This document shows positions 1 to 12,234 of a stretch of 64,000 nt of DNA, in pieces. Source of the stretch: Asterias rubens (Eukaryota); the NCBI RefSeq assembly GCF_902459465.1, contig NC_047070.1:1736001-1800000 (forward strand), in the 5' to 3' direction. The notes under the pieces were generated by a model, which was given only the letters and a program-made list of their open reading frames with translations, was not told the DNA's origin and did not search any database. A program made the translations under genes and the position numbers. Positions within the stretch are counted from its first letter, which is position 1. Every line of letters begins with the position of its first letter.

Positions 1-3000
1 AGAGGTAAATATTTATAGAATGATTGGAAATAATAATGAATGGCGACGGTAATAATTCATAGGAGCGAAACATCCGGTCTTCCCTCATTACGCTGGTTCA
101 ATTGATTGGTTGACTTAATTACCGGATGTCCTTCATCTGCTGTTTGATTTAGCCTGTTCTTATGTCTCATCCATACGGTATTAGGCAATGAGTGAAGGTA
201 ATTCCCAGTCCAGGCTATTAGCTTGACGGAAATGTTAATACAATTACAAAGCAAAAACAAAACAAACAAAAACACTTGAAAATAAATATTCGTTTTGCGG
301 ATCTTGGGTTCACTTATTTCTGCCCGTTATTTCATTGTTTTGTTGTGAAACAAATTGTCCTTGAACAATGTACAACCATGTACAACCATTTCTCCATGGT
401 GCAGCAGAGTCATTTGGGAGTAAGGAAAAGTAATTCCAGTGTTTCAATTAATTAGTCGTTACGTTCCCGTCCATAAAGCATTATTACTCAATAAATCATG
501 CCATTTTGCTCGATCCCTTTCCCATATTCATTTTTGTACTTGCGGGAAAATAAATTACCCTCTTCAATTTTCATGGCCGGAAGTAAAATGTAAATGAGAT
601 TACGAAAGACATTATGCTGACTGGCTATAATTCCCACCATTCTGTTATTTTCAGTGATATTGTGTGTTCAACTGGTATCACTTTTCTGTTTAGGGTTTAG
701 GCTTTACCCTTTACCATATAATTATGATCACAGCCTCTGTGAGCTGTATAATGATCGCTATACACTTATTATTGACTACGTGTGGTTTATGAATTTCATT
801 TTCGTCTGTACATCATTTAGAATCATGATTTTACAGAATATTAACGCAATGTCCGAACTGATGGCTTCGCGTAATAGTGGCTATGGCTGCAACATTGTCC
901 AGCGGGGTCGTTGCAAGTAACAACTAGTATGTAGCCAAGTTATTTAAACATGGTCTATATACACATACATTATGTCGTTATGTATTGGCGAATAAAATTT
1001 ACAACAAATTTCACGGTTCATGAATTGAAAAGGTGACGTCATGTATGACATCATCGGACCTTTGCGCAGCGAGCCAAAAGAATGCAAAACAAATTGAAGT
1101 TTATACGTATAGGCTATACTAATAGTAATACGCGACAATGGACACGTTTTCCTATATGGAGTTCTAGATGTTGAAGTCACCTTGTTCAACCATTGAGGAA
1201 GGAATAGTTCAACACAGATATTATAAGAAAGAACCGTGTGTATGAATGTACCACATTACATGTAACAATACATGATTAATTACCACATAACAAGAGGTGA
1301 TCATTTCATTGTATGACGTCATCTTTGGGCGTTTGTCTTGTGTAAAGAGTTCTGACCGCTGGGATTATATCTCATTGGTGATCTATTTGTGGTTGGTGCG
1401 GTTGGATGACAGTCGATGACAGTCGTCACACGACATGGATATAAAATAATACCTTCATAGCGATAAGGTATTGCTGTTCTCTTATTCGGTACATTCCGGA
1501 GACCAGGACAAAACAAAAAGGGGGAAATAAAAGGACACAATTTATAAGGACATTCTAAAGTGGGTGCTCCATAAAGGAATTTGTGTACAAAGTTTATGGG
1601 AAAACAGTGAGTATAATTATGGACAATGGAAAGAACAAAAGATGCCTCCACATGGATGCATACAGGGATGCATATTTGTGAATGTGTGGACAGAAAGTGA
1701 TACCAATTTGAAACTGGAAGAGTAATCTTATGTTTTTTTTTGTTTTTTGGTTGTTTTTTTTTTACATTACAATGAATACAATTTGATCAGGGGCTATCAA
1801 GGAAACACAATTAATGTATACAAACTGTCATGTCCTTAAATACATTATTCAAATGGAATCGATAGTGAACAATTTTACGAGTTATGTTCTTTTACAAGGA
1901 TCCAATAGTGTTTTACTTCAAACTTTAAAGATATTTCGGTCCTTAGTAGCAATGGGAAATGGTTTTTAATGATAAAACATTGCATTCTTGATTGTGACGT
2001 GGAAATGAGGAACTTTGGATTGTATTATGCAATGATACTGTGGTATAATTTACAGAAAACCCAACAATTTTCCTGGAAAACAATGTCACGAGTCTGTGCG
2101 GTTACGTTAACAATTTTGTGGTATGTTTCGAGGTTACGAATTTGAGGGCCACGTGAACTCTACCACACTCGATAATTGTCAGGGTTTGTTGATAAAACGT
2201 GTCAACAATCAGAAGTGAAATTTTGTGTCCGTTTCTACAAATCAATATTCAAAATATGTTTTTGTTTTGGGATGCCTTCATATTGATTTCAGTTCTTGTA
2301 AATTGAATACCTGTTTTGTTTTTGTATCTTGTAATTATATACTCGAGTATTTCTTGTGTTACGACATTTTAGTTTTCCTTGTTTTGATCATGGGCTTTGA
2401 CACAATCTACTTTTTACCAGCAAACCGCCCTTTTGCGTGACATACCACTACAGGATCGCAATAACATTCCAATCCTACAAAACATTTTGTACTTGTTTTT
2501 AGTTTTTCCATAAAATCCAAATCGAAACTGGACTCGTGTATCTTCACAATCTCCCACGTGAATAGTTTAAGTGAAGTTTTTTGTTTTTCAATCCATTGGG
2601 GGATTTTTTTTTGTTTCAATAATCAGAATCGGAACCGGAACTAAAGATGAGAGACCTTTTTTAAACGGAACGCCAAAACTTCCGCATTGGGTCGTGTTAA
2701 TTGCCTCTCATGACACTCCTGTTCCTGCAGGATCACGTATACCACTGGGTCAATGATGGATCCGTTTGAAACATAAATCACGATCCCTTATTTTCCAAAC
2801 GTCACAAGTTTAAGAGCTTGGACTGTTCGGAATCTCAGTAATGCAGTTGATAAATGTGCCCACGCGTCCGTGCGACCCCACTGGTATTTTATAACTGCCA
2901 TAAAAATGGCTATGATATGAATGGTACATGAACATGCACTATGTGCCTCTCTGACTCTGAGAATCTGTGTAGGGATTGTTGTAGGCCTTATTCTGTTACA

Positions 3001-3181
3001 ATTCTTGTGGTAACACTTGGTTTGATTACCGTCAAAACAACCAGGTTTTTAGACGAGACATCAAGAAGCAAGTTATAAATGTTGACATCAATTAGGAATA
3101 AATGAATGGTACGATCTTTTTTTTCCTTTTTTTTCGGGCAATTTTTTTTTTTTTTTTTTTTTTACAATTATCAGACATTAA

Positions 3182-3539
3182 AGGCAGTGGACACTATTGA
3201 TATTTACTCAAAATAATTATCAGCATAAAACCTTACTTGGTAACGAGTAATGGGGAGAGGTTGATAATATAAAACATTGTGAGAAACAGCTCCCTCTGAA
3301 GTGACCTAGTTTAGGAGAAAGAGGTAATTTTCCATGAATTTGATTTCGAGACCTCAAGTTTAGGAAATCAAGCATCTGAAAGCACACAACTTCGTGTGAC
3401 AAGGGTGTTTTTTCTTTCATAGTTAACTCCGACGACCGATCGACCTCAAATTTTCACAGGTTTGTTATTTTATGCATATGTTGAGATACACCAAGTGAGA
3501 AGACTGGTCTTTGACAATTACCAATAGTGTCCAGTGTCT
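3182..3539. mobile_element. family-A MITE, Kolobok-like (TTAA flanks, AG termini)
   Basis: ttaa|AGGCAGTGGACACTATTG...CAATAGTGTCCAGTGTCT|ttaa; body shared with more than 20 other copies. Confidence 0.85.
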
Positions 3540-4277
3540 TTAAGAATCAGCATTCTAAAGATTGTTATGTAGACAAATAAATGAAATGTTAATATTATAG
3601 GATGGTCGTATTGAGAAACATAGATGTACCGAACGTGTTGGCCTAAATGAAAGTATCAATTTGTTATCACGGACCATGTGAACTCTTCATTATTTAGAAA
3701 AAAATAATCCAAAGTAAATAATTATGTATAAGCAAAGCTTCAAATGTTAGTTCAACAACAACCTTAAAGAAACTTAAATCTTAAATCCATCTGAATGTCT
3801 GAGATATTTAATTGTTTTCAATGTTATTTGCAATATCTTATACACAAAAACAACGCATTCCAATTCACATTTTTTAGCTTTCTCTGTGTTGATTTGTTCT
3901 AAACCATTCCCTTCACAATTCGCATTATTATTTAGCACGAGTACAAGGCTGGTATAAAGTAATGTGATCGTACGATCGGAAGCCATTTTCTTCCCTAGAG
4001 CTGTCAAATCTCGCGAGATTACCCTTACAATTGATACATATATAATTACTTCCGTCGTGTATTGAGTTACAGAACTCCACTGTATACATCGCATCTGTCA
4101 AATCGAATACACAACATGCCCCGACACAGTGTTATCAGGATGACGGAACGTTAATGCATGAATAATGAGATCCGGCTACAGGATCGATTAGTACTATTCG
4201 AATATTTATGTTGTCGAGTCTCAATAAATTGTAAACCAGATAAATGTGTGTGAACACCAATTTGTATTTTTGTTTAA

Positions 4278-4653
4278 AGACATTGGACACCTTTGGTAAT
4301 TGTCAAAGACCAGTCTTCTCACTTTGTGTATCTCAACATATGCATAAAATAACAAACCTGTGAAAATTTGAGCTCAATTGGTCGTCGAAGTTGCGAGATA
4401 ATAACGAAAGAAAAACACCCTTGTCACACAAAGTTGTGTGCTTTTTTATGCTTGATTTCGAGACCTCAAGTTCTAAACTTGAAGTCTCGAAATCAAATTC
4501 GTGGAAAATTACTTCTTTCTCGAAAACTACGTCACTTCTGAGGGAGCCGTTTCTCACAATGTTTTATACTATCAACCTCTCCCCATTACGTGCACCAAGT
4601 AAGGTTTTATGCTAATAATTATTTTGAGTAATTACCAATAGTGTCCACTGCCT
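4278..4653. mobile_element. family-A MITE, opposite orientation; a degenerate copy (about 4658-4935) follows through a shared TTAA
   Basis: ttaa|AGACATTGGACACCTTTGGTAATT...AATTACCAATAGTGTCCACTGCCT|ttaa, with an internal 41-bp hairpin. Confidence 0.85.
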
Positions 4654-5389
4654 TTAAGGCACTGATGGACATGTTTGGTAATATTGTCAAAGACTAGTAT
4701 TCTCACTTGGTTTATCACAGCATATGCATTAAACATTTGGGCTCAATTTTGGACATCGAAGTTGCAACTGGAAAATAAGGAGAGAAAAAACCATGTTGCA
4801 CATATTATTTTGCTTTCACGCCTGAGAAAGTCAGACCTGTTCTCAGATTCAACTAATTAGTGAGAAATGCATTTTTCTCAAAAACTAGACGTTATTAAGT
4901 AAGTGTTTATGCTTATGTTCTGTGAGTAATTACGTGACGTGTAAAATGCTTTTCAGTTTTCATGAGCTTTTTATAGCTGAAGAATGGAATTTAGATGCGG
5001 AAGAAAAAAGTGTCATTACATGTATCGACATTTTTATTATAATTTGATTTTCGCAATGCTCATGTGTTGCGGAGGTATTTTTTTTAAACTAATGAGACAA
5101 GTTCAACACCACCGAGAGAAACCTTTTTCAAATTAAAAAATGACCAATAATATTTGAGAGTAAATATTATCCAGCTGTGATGTGAATGTAAAGAATTGCG
5201 TCCTGTGGTTAGGTCGACATCCGTTTGACATTAAGACGGAAATCCTAAGTAAATAAATACATTTATTATATAGTGTATTAATTATCATCGAGGGCAAATA
5301 TTGGTGTGATGGGGTTTTAATTGTTGAGCATGTTGACACAGGACGAAACCTATGCAGTGGTACACCAACAATGCGACCTCATGGTTTAA

Positions 5390-5725
5390 AAGATTCGGGT
5401 ACTTTTTCAAAATGTCCATAGATTTACATTAAACTTACATGGTTTGAAGATAATGATAGTGGAAAGCTTCCCTTCAAATATTACTTACTGAGGTGCTGTA
5501 GTTTTTGAGAAATGAGTATATAAAACAATGTCATGAAAATACGTTTGTAAATGTTTAAAATAATTATTTTCATGACATTGTTTACTCATTTCCCCAAAAA
5601 CTACAGCACCTCAGCACGTAATATTTTCAGGGAAGCTTTCTACTATCATTATCTTCAAACTGTGTAAGTTTAGTGCAAATCTGTGGACATTTTGTTTTTT
5701 GTCCTACAAAAAGTACCCAGACCCT
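5390..5725. mobile_element. family-B palindromic TTAA MITE; other copies about 9353-9777, 44579-45100, 54960-55200, 59820-59920
   Basis: TTAA flanks and GGGTACTT/AAGTACCC ends. Nested inverted blocks GAAGATAATGATAGTGGAAAGCTTCCC / GGGAAGCTTTCTACTATCATTATCTTC. Confidence 0.8.
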
Positions 5726-5737
5726 TTAAATGCACAG

Positions 5738-5842
5738 GGCCGACTTCACAAAGAACTTAGGACGAGTTTTAAGTTAGGACGAGTAACTCGTCCTAACTTG
5801 AGATGAGACTAAAGTCTGCTGAACTCGTTGTGAAATCCACCC
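5738..5842. mobile_element. short TIR element with CWG flanks (Harbinger-like); related sequence near 25490-25610
   Basis: cag|GGCCGACTTCACAA...TTGTGAAATCCACCC|ctg, with internal TTAGGACGAG repeats. Confidence 0.6.
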
Positions 5843-5850
5843 CTGGCGGA

Positions 5851-6172
5851 TTTGGTAATTGTCAAAGACCAGTCTTCTCACTTGGTGTATCCCAAAATAT
5901 GCATAAAATAACAAACCTGCGAACATTTGGACTCAATTGATCATCGAAGTTGCAAGAGAATGTGATAGAAAACACCATTGCTGCAATTATTTGTGTGGTT
6001 TATTAGATTCCTTTAAAAGGAATGCACTAGACGTTTAAGAGAAATGGAAATTAACGCTTTCGCAAAAACTACGTTACTTCAAATGAAGCCGTTTTCACAC
6101 TGTTTCTAACAGCTTTCTCCATTGCTCGTTATCAAAGTAAGTTTTTATGCTAACAATTATTTTGAGTAATTA
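5851..6172. mobile_element. family-A MITE, degenerate, left end interrupted
   Basis: TTTGGTAATTGTCAAAGACCAGTCTTCTCACTTGG...TTTTGAGTAATT. Confidence 0.75.
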
Positions 6173-6674
6173 GGCGTCTTTATAACACTGGTCATCTGAT
6201 TATTTTAACCACAATGTTTTTCCAATCACATGTTGGTAAATCACCCTATACGTTTTACTGGGAATTTGACTAAAGTTTGTGGTTAAAGGCAATCAGTTTT
6301 ATTTTCCGTGATTCTTTCCTCGGAAATGCGGTCAGACTCAATTTGTTCATGTAATCTTAAACAAAATGGTCAAATTACCACAAGCCTCACTCGTAATGCA
6401 AACATGCATCCACTTCAAAATGGAATTTACTTTTTATTTCCAGTAGTCAAGGTTTGTTCGTAAAAAATAAAATAAAAAATAAAACAACTCAACCTTAATT
6501 CAAGGCCACGCTACCGATACCCTGCTGTATTGTATTTTCTTCCCTGAAAAAGAAAACGGGAACAATAAACTCACCAATTCCCCCCCCCCCCACCTTTCCA
6601 GATTGCATTTTTCTTCCTGCACTCCGAAATTTCCCCTGTCGTAGTGCTTCTCAATTTGGAAGAAAAACAAATTC

Positions 6675-7040
6675 TAAGACACATTGGTAATTGTCTAAGA
6701 CCAGTCTTCTCACTTGGTGTATCTTAACATATGCATAAAATAACAAACATGTGGAAATTTGAGCTCAATTGGTTGTCGAAGTTGCGAGAAAATAATGAAA
6801 GAAAGAAAAAACCTTGTCACACGAAGTTGTGTGCTTTCATAAAAATATGCTTGATTTTGAGACCTCAAATTCTAAATCTGAGGTCTCGAAATCAAATTCG
6901 TGGAATAAAATTCTATGTCACTTCAGAGGGAGCCGTTTCTCACAGTGTTTTATACCATCAACCTCTCCTTATTACTCGTCACCAAGTAAGGTTTTATGCT
7001 AATAATAATTTTGAGTAATTACCAATAGTGTCCACTGCCT
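6675..7040. mobile_element. family-A MITE
   Basis: Full body and right TIR GTGTCCACTGCCT|ttaa. Confidence 0.85.
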
Positions 7041-7119
7041 TTAAACAACAAAAAATCAGGAACATTTTTTAGGATGGCAATTCTAAACTGCAGAAAATAA
7101 CAAAGTTCGCCCCGATCTG

Positions 7120-7273
7120 GGCCCAATTTCATGGAGCTTAAAAGTTGTCTGCTAAGCAGAAATTAGCAGGATACCAGTCACAAGATGTACATGTGATATG
7201 GCATTGGGTGATAACATTATTCTGGTATAAACCATAAATTTGTTGTGCTTAAGCAGCTCTTTGAATTTGGGCC
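7120..7273. mobile_element. PIF/Harbinger-like MITE with CTG target duplication; other copies 16708-16947, about 32170-32305, 48312-48549
   Basis: ctg|GGCCCAATTTCATGGAGCT...AGCTCTTTGAATTTGGGCC|ctg. 3-bp CWG flanks and GG termini are typical of Harbinger. Confidence 0.75.
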
Positions 7274-8339
7274 CTGCTCTTAGTGCCCCATTTCTAATCG
7301 TTCCTAAACCACAGCCGAGTATGTATTGCAAAGAAACACTGTTAGGCACAACACTACAACAATGTACGTGTGGTTTGTGAAGGCAATGAACAAAGGAGTT
7401 CACTGATATTATCGGAAGTGTCTACACCCAACCTTGGGGGTACTACACGTCATCAGTCATGCCCCGGGGGAAGGGAAAATTTATCACTCACGGTACAAGG
7501 TTTTGACAATTTTCTTTACAGTTTAGTTAAAAATAATATCAACTTTAACTTGTTGTTGTTGTTATTGATGTTTTTGTTAAATATCAGGTAAGGTTTGCGG
7601 TAACACCATACTGTAATAACGATGACCTCTAATTGCGTTGGGGTGGTTCTGAAAAGAACCGTAGGTTCCAAATATTGTTGTTGGTGTATTTAGTCATTTA
7701 TTTGATAAAATCTTTAAAGAAATATTTATAGGGATATAAGTGACTTGTTCCAAGACGTTTTTGTTTAAACTTTCATCCAGTTGCACGCACATTTTGAATA
7801 GTGTATAGGCCATAGGGTCAAGTATAACGTTTATTCCAATCAAGTTTGTGCTCTTCAAAGCTAAAAGCAAAACAAACTTGTTCTTTTGGACACCTGCGGT
7901 TTTCGTCACTCAAAGAAAAATTGTCGACAAGATATTGCATGTAAATTTTGAATAGGCCATAATATAGGGCCAATTAAAACGTTTGTTCACATCAAGTGAT
8001 TTATACACGTTTAAAGTTTGTGGTCTTCAAAGCTAATGTAAAAGCAAAACAAACTTGTTCTTTTGAACCCCTGCGGTTTTCGTTTAAAAGAAAAAAATGT
8101 TTAAAAGAAAAAAGATTTGATGCTTGAACTAGTTCCCTACAAAGTTGAACCAGTGGGGTTTAAAGGGTGCTATTTTGTTTTCGCATCTACTACGTCACAG
8201 AGAGGTATATTTGTCATAAAGGATCCATGTGTTAAGGAAACTACACACGGCCAATGTCAAGGTGAATGCTGCGGTTAGAGAGCCTTGATGATTGAAGTGT
8301 AACACTTAACCTGATAACCTACAACAACATGACGTTTAA

Positions 8340-8754
8340 AGGCACTGGACACCTTTGGCAACTGTCAGAGACCAGTATTTCTCACTTGGTGTATCCAAAC
8401 ATAATTTATAAAATAACAAATCTGTAAAAATGTTGACTCTTTGCAAGATAATAAGGAAAGAAAAACACCCCCGTTGCTTTACTTTGTGTGCCTTCAGATG
8501 CAAAATAAAAGGTTTCAGGCATATAGAAAGTATTTTATCAGATTCAAATATATTCAAAATATCAAATTCATAATATTTGAGTGAGAAATTACCTCGTTCT
8601 CAAAAACTGCTTTAGAGGGCCTAATAAAGATAATGATATTAAGCGCTGTACAATTTAGCAGGGTTCGTTTCTCACAATGCTTTATACGTTCTGTTTATAC
8701 TATCAGTCTACATTAACAATTATTTTGAGTAATTACCAATTGTGTCCAGTGTCT
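8340..8754. mobile_element. family-A MITE
   Basis: ttaa|AGGCACTGGACACC...GTGTCCAGTGTCT|ttaa. Confidence 0.8.
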
Positions 8755-9848
8755 TTAAGACAAAGCTCAGCCTACCAAGCTACGTGTGTTTACACGTGTC
8801 ACTATCATTAGTGGATCAAGTGTCATAAACAATAAAGTAGTAGTTTCAATTTACCACGTTAGTGGAACGGAACAAACTATCGGGTAAAGGTTATTTTTGA
8901 AAAGCATTTGGTTATGGGTTTTTATTTTGGCGGCATGGTCAAGGATGACATGGGTCATTGACGGGTTCAAAAAGGGGTCATGATCGCGTGTGGGGTCGTT
9001 ATTAATCAGAAGTAAATTAATATTTAGGTTGATGTACGACTATGATTAATATGGATTGGATGCCACGGTTTTATTTATTTAGGGAAATAATTATAACTTG
9101 AAAAATAGGAAGTTGAAATTATAATGGTGTTTACTTCAAACTACCCCATGCGCTGCAAGGAAGTATCTTGTAAAGGTATAAATAAAAAATAAATTGTCCC
9201 AACGGCCCCCATTAAAATTGTTGGTGGAACATTCCTTTAACATTTTTTATGACAAATATTTGTTATTTCTTCGTAAAAGAAAAGCAACATTTTTTTCTAA
9301 ATAATGAGCCTGTCAAACAGAAGGTACTGAAAAGAAACAACTTCCACATTGAAGGGTTTGGGTAAACACAATATCCACTGATTTACATTAGAGGAACACG
9401 GTTTGGAGATAATGATGGTAGAAAGCTTCCCCTAAAATTTTCCTTGCTGAGGTGTTGTAGTTTTTTGTATAAATGAGTAAAACAATGACAGTCAAGAAAA
9501 TAATTTTCGTCTTACGAGACGAACATTATTTCAGCATGTTCAAAGTATTTACCAGCATAGGCCTACTGGTAAAAACTTAAGTATTACCGTATTTATATTA
9601 TACGCATCTCTCCTAAAAACATCGCTCTGCGATTTTCATTTTTTCTCAAAAACTTGACGACTAATAAAGCTAACACGTCCATAGGAAATTACAAACATCT
9701 TTAAATTTACAGCTAGTATGGATTAATGTACAGTGGCCAACAAATTGATCTACATAAGCATAAGGTATCACAACCCTTTAAAGAAATGATGTATAGTGTT
9801 TTTAATAACTACGAGAGGTGTGCGGTATAACATCATGTCAATATGTCT

Positions 9849-9930
9849 TTTGGGTGGTGTTGGGTCTGAAAAGAACCGGTGGTTAACGACTCAACGTTTC
9901 GATCAGTAATCTACGATAATCTTCAGGAGA
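9849..9930 (-). mobile_element. Penelope-like terminal-repeat remnant with hammerhead-like motif; fragment also at 7638-7661
   Basis: Minus strand reads CTC CTGAAGA ttatcgtagattactgatc GAAACGTT GAG. Confidence 0.55.
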
Positions 9931-10899
9931 ACAAGAAATGTTGTAGTGCCCCCTTTAAGATCTGTGAATAACAAACTAGTACTGATCCCATCAGACCCCT
10001 CCGGGAACCGGTCACTCAGGTCCTCATTAGATTACTTCCGCGAGTCAATCCGGAACGTTCCAGTTTCTCGGAGTACAGCGGAACTCTTACTGATTTCCCT
10101 CAGTGTTCTGCCTTTGGTCTCTTAACTCGAAGTCGTTATAATTCACTGTGTATATTTTAGGATTATGTTGTCTGTAAAATCTTTCGTTTTATTTTGTGAT
10201 TTCATAATAATCAAGTAATACTGCAGCATCATGTTTGTTAAATCTCTCTCAAAAGATTTCTTTCTGTGATCAGCCAGACTGTTCTGCCAGGCTTCTGTAC
10301 ATGTCCCCCCCCCCACATTCGTTGTACGTTATCTTACATGTTGTAAATTAACTTGAACTTCAGAAAAACGAAACTCTGACTACCTTTTATCGTGTCACAT
10401 CCTGAGTAGCCCAAACAACATTTCCTTCAAGAGGTCGTTCATTTGTATGGCTGCTGGACTATGTTTAATTGTAGTTTCAATTAGGACGCTATAACAGTCA
10501 ATAAAAATACATCCCATAAAATTCACCCAAGGTCAGTTCAATTATTGCATTTATAGCATGATGCCATTTTGGTGCTACAGTATTATTTTTGAATAGATTT
10601 GGTATTCGTAATCAGTTCAACCTGTTTTTACGAGTTATGTAAGGCGCGAGTGGATGAGTTTTGGTTTTCAAACGGAAAATGTCAATTTTCCTCTAATATG
10701 ATAATTTGACAGTTCCTTTGTTTTCATGTTGCATGGTAATTCACCTTCCTGATGTATGTACAGCAACAAGTTCACTTACGATAATTGCATCTGTCCTCTA
10801 TAGATGTTAAATATGTTTATCATAGTCAAATTATAGAAATCTTGAGTTGGTTAGTCAGTATATTATGGTGTATTGTTAAATCCCAAAAGATGATACCAA

Positions 10900-11585
10900 T
10901 AGGATTGTAACAATGGACATGTGTTTTCGGTTTCAGATGATTGTCAGTATATTATCATGTTTTGTTACAACACTACAACAGATGATAACAATAGTGTATT
11001 GTTACAACCATTGTTATTGTTACAATCTTCTAAAGGATTGTAACAATGGTAATGACATGTGCTTTCGGTTTCAGATGATTGTCAGTATATTATCATGTTT
11101 TGTTACAACACTACAACAGATGATAACAATAGTGTATTGTTACAACCATTGTTATTGTTACAATCTTCTAAAGGATTGTAACAATGGTAATGACAGGTGC
11201 TTTCGGTTTCAGATGATTGTCAGTATATTATCATGTTTTGTTACAACACTACAACAGATGATAACAATAGTGTATTGTTACAACCATTGTTATTGTTACA
11301 ATCTTCTAAAGGATTGTAACAATGGTAATGACAGGTGCTTTCGGTTTCAGATGATTGTCAGTATATTATCATGTTTTGTTACAACACTACAACAGATGAT
11401 AACAATAGTGTATTGTTACAACCATTGTTATTGTTACAATCTTCTAAAGGATTGTAACAATGGTAATGACATGTGCTTTCGGTTTCAGATGATTGTCATT
11501 ATATTATCATGTTTGTTACAACACTACAACAGATGATAACAATAGTGTATTGTTTGTTATACAACCATTGTCATTGTTACATCCC
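10900..11585. repeat. 138-bp tandem array, about 4.8 copies
   Basis: GACATGTG(T/C)TTTCGGTTTCAGATGATTGTC starts at 10916 and 11054 and recurs every 138 bp; near-identical units. Confidence 0.95.
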
Positions 11586-11981
11586 TCTATTGGATAATAA
11601 CAAAATGACAGGCACTTTCGATTTCAGATCTAAACTTTTTTATAGGTCGAGGATTGTTTACAAGTTCTAGATCTGGATAATTGTTCTCGACGCTCTTAGA
11701 GCCAAACAAGAAGAAAAGATGATAAAGAAATTTTGGATGTGGGAGGAAAACCCCAGAGACTGATTCAGTCAGGGAAAACCCACGCAGTCAAAAGTTAAAG
11801 ATTACTAAAGCCCCAGATACTCATCTACTTATTATTACATAATACATTGATACACAAGACGCTGGATTGTTGTCCATGACCACGCCCTGGTCTATGCAGC
11901 AGGAAGTATAAGTCGCTCTCTGATTGACTTGGGAATAGAATGACAATGGGCAGTGTTGATTCAAACATTTTCATCTTTCGG

Positions 11982-12185
11982 ACTGCCTCTATTTAGCTAC
12001 CGGGTAATCTCGGTGGTCTAGTTTGTAAAACACTGCTCTAGAGTTCCAAAGGTCGTGGGTTTGAATCCCACCCGAGTAATATGCCTGTTGTTTTCTTCAC
12101 AGAGCTCGGGGGAGTAGATACTACGTATACACATCGGTGTATTCGGGTAAAACCAAAGTCAATATTCTGTATCCCCGATGTAAAT
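11982..12185 (+). mobile_element. tRNA-derived SINE family S1; other copies 20645-20765(-), 37785-37870(-), 49570-49680(-), 55817-55992(+)
   Basis: A-box-like TGGTCTAGTTTG and B-box GGTTTGAATCCC, followed by a non-tRNA body (GGTAAAACC...TATCCCCGATG) shared among copies. Confidence 0.75.
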
Positions 12186-12234
12186 TTCGATCTATTTTTT
12201 CATCTTTATTATTCATTCTGTGTGTCATTTCCAG

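Noticed and set aside
7841-8083. About 70-bp direct duplication (similar small ones at 12763/12835 and 24065/24160)
   Set aside because: Ordinary local slippage duplications with no further structure.
10913-11536. 207-aa Cys-rich repeat ORF
   Set aside because: Explained by the 138-bp array; no signal peptide or unique flanking coding sequence.
1-12234. Search for the DUSP rhodanese/KIM exon
   Set aside because: No frame with DCR or RRR motifs and a phase-1 donor was found; it probably lies upstream of the window.
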